A stretch of 42,664 bases of DNA from Oscillospiraceae bacterium (GCA_015066165.1 SVOX01000001.1:1-42664); one strand, 5' to 3'; counted from the first letter of the stretch, positions 1-8,483 are shown. Notes: a model not told the origin generated them from the sequence alone. Made by a program: numbers and translations.

Positions 1-821
1 TTACCAACCCCGAATATGCAGACGTTCGCTCACTTGAAGGCGTTGCTCCTACTAAAAACAAGTGTGTTCCGATTATTGCAGTTCCTACAACTGCAGGTAC
101 CGCAGCTGAAGTTACCATCAACTACGTTATTACCGACGTTGAAAAGAAACGTAAGTTTGTTTGCGTTGACACAAACGATATCCCGATTGTTGCTGTTGTT
201 GACCCTGATATGATGTCTTCAATGCCTGCAGGTCTTACCGCTGCAACGGGTATGGACGCTTTGACACACGCTATTGAAGGTTACATAACCAAAGGCGCTT
301 GGGAACTTTCTGATATGTTCCATATCAAAGCTATCGAAATTATTGGCCGTTCACTCCGTGCCGCTGTTAAAGGCGAAGCAGACGGTCGTGAAGGTATGGC
401 TCTTGGTCAATACGTTGCAGGTATGGGCTTCTCTAACGTAGGTCTTGGTGTTGATCACTCAATGGCACACACACTTTCGGCTTACTATGATATGCCTCAC
501 GGTAAAGCGTGTGCTACACTTCTCCCTGCTGTTATGGCTTACAACGCTGAAGCTACAGGCACAAAATACCGTGATATTGCTATTGCTATGGGCGTTGAAG
601 GCGTTGAAAAAATGAATCAAGACGAATACCGTGCAGCCGCTGTTGAAGCAGTTAAAAAACTTGCCGAAGACGTTGGTATTGTTTGCTCACTTAAGGGCGT
701 GGTTAAGGAAGAAGACCTTGACGCACTTTCGGCTGATGCATTTGCTGATGCTTGCCGTCCGGGTAACCCCAAGGATGTAACTCTTGAAGATATCAAAGCA
801 CTTTATAAGAGTCTTATGTAA
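1..821 (+). CDS. fucO: Iron-containing (group III) alcohol dehydrogenase, lactaldehyde/propanediol oxidoreductase FucO-like; 5' end lies outside the window
   Basis: The frame of tracked ORF 210..821 stays open back to nt 3 (TNPEYADVRSLEGVAPTKNKCVPIIAVPTTAGTAAEVT...), which gives the Fe-ADH AVPTTAGT nucleotide-binding motif. GMDALTHAIEGYIT, GQYVAGMGFSNVGLG and the His-rich metal-site segments follow the E. coli FucO pattern as I recall it. Stop is TAA 819-821, followed by a hairpin. Confidence 0.8.
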   Translation, partial: TNPEYADVRSLEGVAPTKNKCVPIIAVPTTAGTAAEVTINYVITDVEKKRKFVCVDTNDIPIVAVVDPDMMSSMPAGLTAATGMDALTHAIEGYITKGAWELSDMFHIKAIEIIGRSLRAAVKGEADGREGMALGQYVAGMGFSNVGLGVDHSMAHTLSAYYDMPHGKACATLLPAVMAYNAEATGTKYRDIAIAMGVEGVEKMNQDEYRAAAVEAVKKLAEDVGIVCSLKGVVKEEDLDALSADAFADACRPGNPKDVTLEDIKALYKSLM

Positions 822-838
822 TTAAAACAAACTTATAA

Positions 839-874
839 CCCCCACCTGTGCAAAAACGCATGGGTGGGGGTTTT
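839..874. terminator. Intrinsic terminator between convergent genes
   Basis: Inverted repeat CCCCCACC (839-846) / GGTGGGGG (863-870) followed by TTTT. It lies between the stops of the fucO-like (+) and capA-like (-) genes. Confidence 0.7.
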
Positions 875-891
875 CAATATGTTCTTTCAAT

Positions 892-2070
892 TTATAATAG
901 ACTGATAATATATTCCTTTATCCTTTTAAGATGGCGCTCTTTACATGCGCCCTCATCCGCCCTTTCGGCAAGCGGTACAAGACAACTAAAGTCCATATGT
1001 TCTTTTGCAAAGTATCCCTCCGGCTCTGTGTGCAAAAAATATTCATTCCACACTTCCAAAGTGGCATTGGTGTAGATTTCGGGATTCAGAAAAACCATCC
1101 GACGCTTTTCTTCTGCAATAAAACTCTTTACTGCCAACGGCACAAGATTCTCATAGTCTTCGGCGGTGATATTATCAAAAATATAAGGCAAAGGCGCTTC
1201 CACTATACGTTGTTCGCCACGAATAAGTTTAACACCCATCGCCTCAAAACTCATTTTTTCTTCGGTAAAAATCAATTTCAACAAAACACCATTATCGGTA
1301 TATTGGTGGGCACGTTGATAATCAGTGTCAAAAATGAAGTTGCCCAATGAATAAAAGATTGCTTTACCATCATCAAATAGTTCATAGTTTTCGGGAACGT
1401 GTGGGTGGTGAGCAACCACTACGTCGGCACCCAACTCCAAATATTTCATATATCGCTCACGTGTATATGGACTGGGCATACATGCAAACTCTTCACCACC
1501 GTGACACACGACAACACACCATCGGCACTTTGCTTTCACCTCAGAAATACGCTGCGCAATATGTTCATAAGCGTCCCAACGGAAAATACCCGGTAACGTC
1601 TCGGTAGCGATTATCTCATTTTTGCGTAATGATTCCTCAGAAATGTAAGTTGTACAAAACATACCAATACCGCCCGCTTCATCCAGATATACGGGCTCGG
1701 ACGCTTCCGTCAAATTAAGACCCGCACCGATGGTAAAGGCACCATTTTGTGCTGCGATTGCCTTTGTGCTAATGATTCCATCTTTACCCGCATCCATAAT
1801 ATGATTATTTCCAATATTCCAAATATCCGCATGCATCTTATTTAGCACCGTAGTTATTTTTGGAACCATTGTATGGAAATAAGCCCCGCGAGAGCCGTCA
1901 TTGACAATATCCATCACAGCACCTTCAACGTTGGCAACCGTGTGATCAGCACTGTCAAAAAAATCCAAAATGGGTTGGGACAACAATTGCTCATCCTCCC
2001 ATTTGTGATCCATATAACGATCAAATCCTATATCACCTGTAAATACAATCGCTGTTTTTTCTTTATTCAT
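892..2070 (-). CDS. CapA-family metallophosphoesterase (poly-gamma-glutamate synthesis CapA-like)
   Basis: Tracked ORF 892..2097. I place the start at ATG 2070 (MNKEKTAIVFTGDIGFDR...) because GAGGTG (complement of 2078-2084) sits 7 nt upstream. Calcineurin-like motifs are present (GDIGFD, GNNH, VVCHGGEE, AHHPHV). Confidence 0.75.
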   Translation of the reverse strand: MNKEKTAIVFTGDIGFDRYMDHKWEDEQLLSQPILDFFDSADHTVANVEGAVMDIVNDGSRGAYFHTMVPKITTVLNKMHADIWNIGNNHIMDAGKDGIISTKAIAAQNGAFTIGAGLNLTEASEPVYLDEAGGIGMFCTTYISEESLRKNEIIATETLPGIFRWDAYEHIAQRISEVKAKCRWCVVVCHGGEEFACMPSPYTRERYMKYLELGADVVVAHHPHVPENYELFDDGKAIFYSLGNFIFDTDYQRAHQYTDNGVLLKLIFTEEKMSFEAMGVKLIRGEQRIVEAPLPYIFDNITAEDYENLVPLAVKSFIAEEKRRMVFLNPEIYTNATLEVWNEYFLHTEPEGYFAKEHMDFSCLVPLAERADEGACKERHLKRIKEYIISLL

Positions 2071-2101
2071 ACATTTCACACCTCTAATGGGATTCATATC
2101 T

Positions 2102-2130
2102 TTTATATCACATAAATTCGATTATTGCAA
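2102..2130 (-). promoter_or_regulatory. Putative sigma-A promoter for the capA-like gene
   Basis: Minus strand reads TTGCAA (2130-2125), a 17-nt spacer ending in TG, then TATAAA (2107-2102). It lies downstream of the 2151-2186 terminator and about 30 nt upstream of the capA-like ATG. Confidence 0.45.
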
Positions 2131-2150
2131 TAAAATAAAGATTTAATCTA

Positions 2151-2186
2151 AAAAAGCGGTTATGAAATTTTCCATTCATAACCGCT
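2151..2186 (-). terminator. Intrinsic terminator ending the orphan 2.15-2.58 kb transcript
   Basis: Minus strand reads GCGGTTATGAA-loop-TTCATAACCGC (2186-2157) followed by TTTTTT (complement of 2151-2156). Confidence 0.7.
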
Positions 2187-2513
2187 TCTAATAATATTCA
2201 ATTGTATCTATCACTTAAAATTTCACCTTTTGCACACCGTTAAAACGGCTTGATTTTTTATTTCTTGGGGCGTTCCCCTGTTACTTTACATTTGCAACAA
2301 CTGTAAACTTTTAAGTTTTAAAATTTAAATTGTACATTGGACTCACCCTAACAGTTTATTTGATAAAACGTTTAATTCCTTTCATTTTATCACCGCCTGG
2401 TGTTATATATATGTAAATTTTAATTATAATATCATTTTTGCCAGAAATCTAAATTTTGAAGGTTTATTTTTTGTTTTCTACATTTGTTACTTCATTGGAA
2501 TCACGCCTTTCGC

Positions 2514-2552
2514 TTATTTTCGAAACCTTTCAGGTGGAGTTAACTCTTTCAT
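2514..2552 (-). CDS. 12-codon mini-ORF MKELTPPERFRK at the 5' end of the orphan transcript (possibly a leader or micropeptide)
   Basis: AAAGGAGGAG (complement of 2561-2570) lies 8 nt upstream of ATG 2552, with TAA at 2516-2514. It is too short for a coding-potential argument. Support is the very strong SD and its position right after the promoter. Confidence 0.25.
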   Translation of the reverse strand: MKELTPPERFRK

Positions 2553-2584
2553 TTTTTTAGCTCCTCCTTTCTTTTTCTGTCTTT

Positions 2585-2613
2585 ATTATAAGGCACATTA
2601 CACAGTTTGTCAA
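2585..2613 (-). promoter_or_regulatory. Consensus sigma-A promoter (TTGACA-17-TATAAT)
   Basis: Minus strand reads TTGACA (2613-2608), a 17-nt spacer (2607-2591), then TATAAT (2590-2585). It points away from the ABC exporter gene into a region with no ORF of 60 aa or more. Confidence 0.6.
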
Positions 2614-2729
2614 GCAAAAGTTGATAACTTTTGTGCATTTTGTAAAAATATACATTTGTTCACACTTTTATTTGTGCAATATGTTAAAATATACCTATAA
2701 GAAATATTCAAATATAAGGATTTGATTAT

Positions 2730-4619
2730 ATGCGACCAATGAATCCACCGCCTGCCGGAATGCGCGGCCCTATGCATCTTGGGGGACCCAGAGGTTTTTT
2801 AACCGAAAAAGAAAAACAAAATATGCCTAAAATGGATAAAAAACTGCTTTTTAGAATTTTATCTTATTTAAAACCGTACAAATGGCAGTTTTTACTTGTT
2901 TTTGCCGCTCTCATAATATCGGCAATACTCGGTCTTTTCCCTTCTATTATTACGGGTAAAATAGTTGATTCAATTATTGCCGACGGCAGTATTCAGTTGC
3001 TCGTAAAATTACTAATAATGGCATTTGTAGTGCTTTCACTTGCACAAATTATAAGCGTTTTAGAACAGTACATAAACTCTTGGATTTCACAAAAAATTAT
3101 TTTTGATATGCGCAACGAAATGTACGACCACCTGCAGCATATGCCCCACGCCTTTTTCTTGGGTGAAAAACAGGGTGATATTATAACCCGTATGAATAGC
3201 GATATTAACGGTGTGAGCGCTGTAATATCGGTTATGCTGACTTCGATTGTGAGTAACATTTTAACCGTTGGCACCTGTGTTTTTTATCTCTTTTATACCG
3301 ACTGGCGTTTGGCTATTGTGGGACTTATTGTAATTCCGTTGCTTATTTTCCCAACAAAAGCGGTTGGTAAAAAACGTTGGATGTTGGCAAGCGAAGCGCA
3401 GGAAAAAAGCGACGATCTTAACACCCACATAAACGAAACCCTTTCAGTCAGCGGTTCAATGCTTGTAAAACTTTTCACAAAAGAAAAGGATGAATACCAA
3501 AAGTTTAAAGATATTAACAATGAAGTCACCAAAACCACAATAAAAGAACGCCGAGCAGGTAGTTGGTTCCACGTTTTTCTTGGAATGTTTATTCAAATAG
3601 CGCCTCTTTGCATATATTTTGCAGGTGGGTTCCTTATTATGAACAGTGACAAATCGGGACTTTCAGTTGGTGATATTACGGTTGTGGTAGCGCTTGTAAA
3701 CCGTCTTTACCAACCGGTACGTTCGCTACTTAATTTACAGGTTGATTTTGTGCGTTCTTTGGCGTTATTTACCCGAATTTTCGAGTATCTTGACCGTCCG
3801 CATTTAATTGAAAATCCCAAAAACCCCAAAAAGCCCGACCTTTCAAACAGTCAGGTAGAATTTTGCGACGTTCATTTTGCATATGAACAAAACAAAGAAA
3901 TTTTAAAGGGAGTTACCTTTACAGTTCCTAAATCAAAAATGTATGCTATTGTTGGTACTTCGGGCGCAGGTAAATCAACCATTATTGGTATGATTCCCCG
4001 CCTTTACGACACAATAAGCGGTGAAGTTAAGGTTGCGGGGGTTAACGTTAAAGATTTTGACCTTTCGTACCTTCGCACAAACATTGGTATTGTAACCCAA
4101 GACACTTACTTATTTAACGGTACAATTTTAGAAAATTTGTTATACGCCAAACCCCAAGCCACCAAAGAAGAAATTGAAAATGCTTGTAAAATTGCCAATA
4201 TTTACGATTTTATTATGAGTTTGCCCGATAAATTCGACACTGTCGTTGGTAACCGTGGGCTTAAACTTTCAGGCGGTGAGAAACAGCGTATTTCGATAGC
4301 CCGAGTGGTGTTAAAAGACCCAAAAATCTTAATTTTGGACGAAGCCACTTCTTCACTCGACTCCATTTCAGAAAACCTTATAAGCGATGCTTTGAACAAT
4401 ATTATGAAAGGCAGAACAAGCATTGTTATTGCACACCGTCTTTCAACAGTTATTGCCGCAGACAAAATTATGGTTATTGAAAAAGGAATAATCACTGCCG
4501 AGGGCTCTCACCAAGAACTTATAACCAAAAGTGAAAAGTATAAAGAACTTTACGAAACCCAGTTTAGAAAAGTTCTTGAATTTGAAAAGCATAAAGATAT
4601 TGACATTGCAAACAAATAA
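2730..4619 (+). CDS. ABC transporter, fused permease/ATP-binding exporter (MsbA/multidrug-type)
   Basis: 629 aa with an N-terminal six-helix-type hydrophobic domain. Walker A is GTSGAGKST, the signature is LSGGEKQR, Walker B is ILILDEATS, and the H-loop is IAHRLS. Confidence 0.9.
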   Translation: MRPMNPPPAGMRGPMHLGGPRGFLTEKEKQNMPKMDKKLLFRILSYLKPYKWQFLLVFAALIISAILGLFPSIITGKIVDSIIADGSIQLLVKLLIMAFVVLSLAQIISVLEQYINSWISQKIIFDMRNEMYDHLQHMPHAFFLGEKQGDIITRMNSDINGVSAVISVMLTSIVSNILTVGTCVFYLFYTDWRLAIVGLIVIPLLIFPTKAVGKKRWMLASEAQEKSDDLNTHINETLSVSGSMLVKLFTKEKDEYQKFKDINNEVTKTTIKERRAGSWFHVFLGMFIQIAPLCIYFAGGFLIMNSDKSGLSVGDITVVVALVNRLYQPVRSLLNLQVDFVRSLALFTRIFEYLDRPHLIENPKNPKKPDLSNSQVEFCDVHFAYEQNKEILKGVTFTVPKSKMYAIVGTSGAGKSTIIGMIPRLYDTISGEVKVAGVNVKDFDLSYLRTNIGIVTQDTYLFNGTILENLLYAKPQATKEEIENACKIANIYDFIMSLPDKFDTVVGNRGLKLSGGEKQRISIARVVLKDPKILILDEATSSLDSISENLISDALNNIMKGRTSIVIAHRLSTVIAADKIMVIEKGIITAEGSHQELITKSEKYKELYETQFRKVLEFEKHKDIDIANK

Positions 4620-4652
4620 TATTAAAATATACAAAGTAAAGGAGAGAGAATT

Positions 4653-4958
4653 ATGGCAGAAATGAATAACGAATATAATCCCGATATTATAACTTTAGCC
4701 GACGACGAAGGAAAGGAATATACCTTTGAAGTACTCGACGCTATTGAAACCGACGACGGAAGATATTTAGCCCTTTTACCAACATTTGAAGATCCCAAGA
4801 AAATGCTTGAAGAAAGCGGCGAATTGGTAATTGTAAAAGTTGGCGAAGAAGACGGCGAAGAATATTATTACGAAATTGAAGACGACGATGAATATGAAAC
4901 TGTTGCCGACGCTTTTGTAGATCGCCTTGAAGACTTTTTTGAGATTGATAACAAATAG
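4653..4958 (+). CDS. DUF1292-family small acidic protein
   Basis: 101 aa and very acidic. The pattern DDEGKEYTFEVLDAIETDDGRYLALLP is typical of DUF1292/UPF0473. SD AAGGAGAG lies upstream. Confidence 0.75.
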   Translation: MAEMNNEYNPDIITLADDEGKEYTFEVLDAIETDDGRYLALLPTFEDPKKMLEESGELVIVKVGEEDGEEYYYEIEDDDEYETVADAFVDRLEDFFEIDNK

Positions 4959-4959
4959 A

Positions 4960-4986
4960 AAAAACTCCGCTTCGGCGGAGTTTTTT
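4960..4986 (+). terminator. Intrinsic terminator
   Basis: CTCCGC-TTCG-GCGGAG (4965-4980) followed by TTTTTT (4981-4986). Confidence 0.8.
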
Positions 4987-5024
4987 AATGCGTAATTCAT
5001 AATTCGAAATGCGTAATTATTTTC

Positions 5025-5459
5025 TTAAACTATCAAACAAATTGAAAACTGTCTTTCCGTTTTTTCTGCGAATTCTTTAAAACTATACGAATTGGAAAAT
5101 GTATGTTCCACATAACAAACCAAAAAATCACACTTTTTAATCATCCATTTATTTCTTTCAATTATCGCATACTTTTTCGGAACTTTTTCTAAACCATCCG
5201 GATAGATTGTTTCCAAATAATCTTTATATTCTTCTTTATCTTTAGGAATATAAGCCAAAACAATACTATAGTCTATCCAATCATATTGTTTTTTTAATTT
5301 TCCCAAAACCCTTTGCGCCATATTATCAAAACTGCCATGTGTACCTACATAAAATTTTGTGACTTTTTTATTTATTATCAAATCATTCAGAGCAGTTTCC
5401 AAAATCGGCTCTATTTCTTTTGGTGTATCCCTGTGACCGATAAAGGTGCAACTTTTCAT
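5025..5459 (-). CDS. SLOG-fold protein (DUF1273 / YpsA-like)
   Basis: 144 aa. The N-terminus CTFIGHRD...KFYVGTHGSFDNMA...IVLAYIP matches the Rossmann-like SLOG/DUF1273 pattern. It is divergent from a small HTH gene. Confidence 0.6.
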   Translation of the reverse strand: MKSCTFIGHRDTPKEIEPILETALNDLIINKKVTKFYVGTHGSFDNMAQRVLGKLKKQYDWIDYSIVLAYIPKDKEEYKDYLETIYPDGLEKVPKKYAIIERNKWMIKKCDFLVCYVEHTFSNSYSFKEFAEKTERQFSICLIV

Positions 5460-5476
5460 AATCCCATCTTTTCTAT

Positions 5477-5541
5477 GGGGATTATATCCCCTTAATATTT
5501 AAGATTATAACCCCCATAATAATAAAAGTCAAGGGGGTTAT
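5477..5541. promoter_or_regulatory. Divergent control region with two perfect palindromes (candidate operators)
   Basis: Palindrome 1 is GGGGAT-TAT-ATCCCC (5477-5491); on the minus strand it contains TATAAT. Palindrome 2 is ATAACCCCC (5507-5515) / GGGGGTTAT (5533-5541), and its right arm is also the SD of the HTH gene. Confidence 0.45.
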
Positions 5542-5545
5542 ATAA

Positions 5546-5746
5546 ATGATAACTTATAATAAACTTTGGGAAACCATGAAAACAAAAGGTGTTTCAACCT
5601 ATTACCTTAGAGAAAAGGCAGGAATTGATAGTAAAACCATTCGCAGACTTAAAGCAAATGAAAATATAGAAACAAAAACTCTTGATAAACTATGTCAAGC
5701 ATTAGACTGTCAAATTGAAGATATTATGCAATATGTAAAAAATTAA
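5546..5746 (+). CDS. XRE/Cro-type helix-turn-helix transcriptional regulator
   Basis: 66 aa. The pattern YNKLWETMKTKGVSTYYLREKAGIDSKTIRRLKANENIETKTLDKLCQALDCQIEDI is typical of short HTH_26/XRE proteins. Confidence 0.8.
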   Translation: MITYNKLWETMKTKGVSTYYLREKAGIDSKTIRRLKANENIETKTLDKLCQALDCQIEDIMQYVKN

Positions 5747-5757
5747 AGAAACAAACT

Positions 5758-5776
5758 GGGAGGGGCGACCCCTCCC
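5758..5776 (+). terminator. GC-rich hairpin downstream of the HTH gene
   Basis: GGGAGGGG-CGA-CCCCTCCC. The following T-tract is weak (CTACACATTTTT). Confidence 0.45.
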
Positions 5777-5836
5777 CTACACATTTTTATTTAATATAGT
5801 TTGCGAAGCAAACGCAACAATTCCGAATTACGAATT

Positions 5837-5866
5837 AAAAAAGACCGCTTGAAAGCGGTCTTTTAA
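5837..5866 (-). terminator. Intrinsic terminator of fba (usable in both directions)
   Basis: GACCGC-TTGAAA-GCGGTC (5843-5860), flanked by an A-run on one side and a T-run on the other. Confidence 0.8.
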
Positions 5867-5870
5867 TTTA

Positions 5871-6734
5871 TTATGCTTTGTTTACTGAACCGAAAAGTTC
5901 CATCTTTTCTTTAACAGTATCTTTAATTGCTTGGGTACCGTCTGCCAAAAGTTTTCTTGGGTCAAAGCCCTTGCCTTGTAAATCTTTACCTGCTTCTACG
6001 TACTTACGGGTAGCAGCGGCAAATGCTAACTGACATTCAGTGTTAACGTTGATTTTAGAAACGCCCAAAGAAATTGCCTTTTTAATCATTTCAGCAGGGA
6101 TACCTGTACCACCGTGAAGAACCAAAGGCATATCACCTGTTAATTGTTGGATAGCATCAAGAGTATCAAAACTAAGACCTGCCCAATTTTCAGGATATTT
6201 ACCGTGGATATTACCAATACCTGCTGCAAGCATTGTGACGCCTAAATCAGCAATCATTTTACATTCTTTAGGATCAGCCACTTCACCTGCACCAACAACA
6301 CCGTCTTCTTCACCGCCTATTGAACCAACTTCTGCTTCAATAGAAAGACCTTTTTCTTCACAAATAGCAACTAATTCTTTAGTTTTTTCAATATTTTCTT
6401 CAATAGCATAGTGTGAACCGTCAAACATAACGGATGAGAAACCTGCTTCAATACACTTTTTAGCGTGTTCATATGAACCGTGGTCAAGGTGAAGAGCCAC
6501 AGGAACTGTAATGCCAAGTTCGTTAATCATGCCGTTTACCATACCAACAATTGTGGTATAACCGCACATATATTTACCGGCACCTTCCGATACGCCAAGA
6601 ATAACGGGTGAGTTGAGTTCTTGTGCAGTTTGTAAAATTGCTTTTGTCCATTCAAGGTTGTTAATGTTGAATTGACCTACGGCATATTTACCTGCCTTTG
6701 CCTTATTTAACATTTCTTTTGCGGATACTAACAT
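5871..6734 (-). CDS. fba: Class II fructose-1,6-bisphosphate aldolase
   Basis: 287 aa. Motifs are MLVSAKEMLNKAKAGKYAVGQFNINNLEW..., LHLDHG, GSIGGEEDG and LVLHGGTGIP. SD GGAGG lies upstream. Confidence 0.92.
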   Translation of the reverse strand: MLVSAKEMLNKAKAGKYAVGQFNINNLEWTKAILQTAQELNSPVILGVSEGAGKYMCGYTTIVGMVNGMINELGITVPVALHLDHGSYEHAKKCIEAGFSSVMFDGSHYAIEENIEKTKELVAICEEKGLSIEAEVGSIGGEEDGVVGAGEVADPKECKMIADLGVTMLAAGIGNIHGKYPENWAGLSFDTLDAIQQLTGDMPLVLHGGTGIPAEMIKKAISLGVSKINVNTECQLAFAAATRKYVEAGKDLQGKGFDPRKLLADGTQAIKDTVKEKMELFGSVNKA

Positions 6735-6796
6735 TTTTATTCCTCCAATAATTTTATCCTTTATAGTTTATACTAAAGTATGTATAAAATCAAGTG

Positions 6797-7639
6797 TTAT
6801 TTGCAAGTATCTTGCACAACTTCTTCAGGTGGTAGTTCCAATACTTCGGGATTTGCAAGTAATTTCTTCAAATAACGGAAAGCAGTTGCAAAATAACTGC
6901 CCGAACAAATACGTTCGTCCATTGTAACACCAATCGGCAAACTGCGTTCAAAAATAATTTCGCCGCCCTTGCGCTTTGGCACTTCACGAAGATTACCCAT
7001 AGCCATAAATATGCTTGTTGTACCAAACTCGTAACAGTGGTGATAAATGTGGTTTGTACGAATTGATGCCAGGTTTGTGATACCCAAACTCATATGGAAA
7101 GGTGACATATCAATAATGGCTTTTGGTAAAAGACCGTATTTATCCAAAAATTTAAAAAACTTTACGCCAACAGTCAAAAGACCGGGAATGCTTAAAAGTA
7201 TTTTAATAATTTTTTCAGTGCCGTTGTTTTCGGGCGCTTCACGGTTTTCATTAACGTATGCGTTTATTTTGTTGTTAACGTCAAAAATTGTATCGGTTTT
7301 TTCAAAATACATTTTTGACATTGTACCTTCATGGCTTTCAAGTGACTGTAAAACCACCATACCAACCGCAACTTCGTTTCTTTCATAAACTTTTTTGTTT
7401 ACAATAAAACGATTAAGTTCAGGAAATTTTGCCATTGTACGTAAATACGCTGCCAAAACCAAAGCCATATGGCTTACGGAAACGCCTTCCTTACGCTTTT
7501 TATTAACGTAATTTTGCATTGGAGTATAAGGAATATCAATGGTAATCATATTCATAGAATCAACACGCTTATCCATGATATGTGCCGCAACCCTATACAT
7601 CGGATCAGTATTTCTTAACCTTCTTCCGTCCGCTCTCAT
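6797..7639 (-). CDS. 2-oxoacid dehydrogenase E2 catalytic-domain-like (CAT-fold) protein, stand-alone, with a divergent active-site motif
   Basis: 280 aa with no lipoyl or subunit-binding domains. The C-terminal GVTMDERICSGSYFA aligns by eye to the E2 (S/T)xDHRxxDG motif, with H->E and D->S. SD AAGGGGAAG lies upstream. Confidence 0.55.
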   Translation of the reverse strand: MRADGRRLRNTDPMYRVAAHIMDKRVDSMNMITIDIPYTPMQNYVNKKRKEGVSVSHMALVLAAYLRTMAKFPELNRFIVNKKVYERNEVAVGMVVLQSLESHEGTMSKMYFEKTDTIFDVNNKINAYVNENREAPENNGTEKIIKILLSIPGLLTVGVKFFKFLDKYGLLPKAIIDMSPFHMSLGITNLASIRTNHIYHHCYEFGTTSIFMAMGNLREVPKRKGGEIIFERSLPIGVTMDERICSGSYFATAFRYLKKLLANPEVLELPPEEVVQDTCK

Positions 7640-7796
7640 AATCTTCCCCTTTGTCGATATTTGTAATATTATGATACCACATTGTTAACAATTTTACAAT
7701 CTTTTTTTCAATTTACTTGTTATATTTTAAATTTTATGATATAATTACTATGAATTATTTGTCAAATTCATTACATACTAAATTTGGGTGAATTTG

Positions 7797-8465
7797 ATGA
7801 GTGAAAAAAATAACCAAAAAAACGAAGTAATAGAAGAAATAAAGGAATTTGGCAGCGCCACCTTTTGTGGCAAACACAAAATCTACTGCCTTACAATTAT
7901 TGGTGAAATTGAAGGGCATAACGTTCTTCCGGAGCAATCAAAAACCACCAAATACGAACACGTTATTCCGCAACTTGTAGCGGTTGAAGAATCAAAAGAG
8001 ATTGAAGGTCTTCTCATAATTCTCAATACCGTAGGCGGTGACGTTGAAGCAGGTCTTGCCATAGCCGAACTAATTTCCGGTATGAAAAAACCAACCGTTT
8101 CGTTTGTTTTAGGCGGCGGACATTCAATAGGTGTGCCCCTTGCCGTTTCGGCAAAGCGATCGTTTATTGCCCCAAGCGCCACTATGACTGTGCACCCTGT
8201 GAGAACAAACGGTTTAGTTATCGGTGTTCCTCAAATGTGGGGACATTTTGCAAGAATGCAAGACAGAATTACCGAATTTGTGGTTAAAAATTCCAATATA
8301 GAAAAATCGGAATTTACTTCGCTTATGATGAATACAGGAGAAATGGTTACTGATGTTGGCTCGGTTCTTTCGGGCGAGCGTGCCGTTCAAAGCGGACTTA
8401 TTGACAATATCGGTTCCCTTTCAGACGTTTTAGACGGTCTTTACCAACTAATTGAAGAAAATTAA
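7797..8465 (+). CDS. tepA: ClpP-fold protein, TepA-like
   Basis: The tracked ORF starts at GTG 7788. ATG 7797 has GGGTGA 5 nt upstream. ILNTVGGDVEAGLAIAELI...GGGHSIG...TMTVHPV is ClpP/TepA-like. It sits immediately upstream of ftsK/spoIIIE, as tepA does in Bacillus subtilis. Confidence 0.7.
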   Translation: MSEKNNQKNEVIEEIKEFGSATFCGKHKIYCLTIIGEIEGHNVLPEQSKTTKYEHVIPQLVAVEESKEIEGLLIILNTVGGDVEAGLAIAELISGMKKPTVSFVLGGGHSIGVPLAVSAKRSFIAPSATMTVHPVRTNGLVIGVPQMWGHFARMQDRITEFVVKNSNIEKSEFTSLMMNTGEMVTDVGSVLSGERAVQSGLIDNIGSLSDVLDGLYQLIEEN

Positions 8466-8483
8466 CAATATAGGAGAGTTGTT

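Larger units (their letters stand above)
2151..2578 (-). ncRNA. Candidate unannotated ~0.43 kb transcript (sRNA or micropeptide locus); function unknown
   Basis: Bounded by a perfect consensus promoter (2585-2613) and an intrinsic terminator (2151-2186). All three minus-strand frames are full of stops, and the longest ATG ORFs I find are 12, 9 and 8 codons. The region is AT-rich with two small GC hairpins (GGGGAACGCCCC; CCGTTTTAACGG). Confidence 0.4.

Noticed and set aside
931-2115. Plus-strand ORFs over the capA-like gene (931..1350, 1347..1607, 1399..1596, 1873..2115), and the longer capA start at 2097
   Set aside because: These are antisense shadow ORFs without SD. The 2097 start lies upstream of the predicted SD and inside the predicted promoter-proximal region, so ATG 2070 is preferred.
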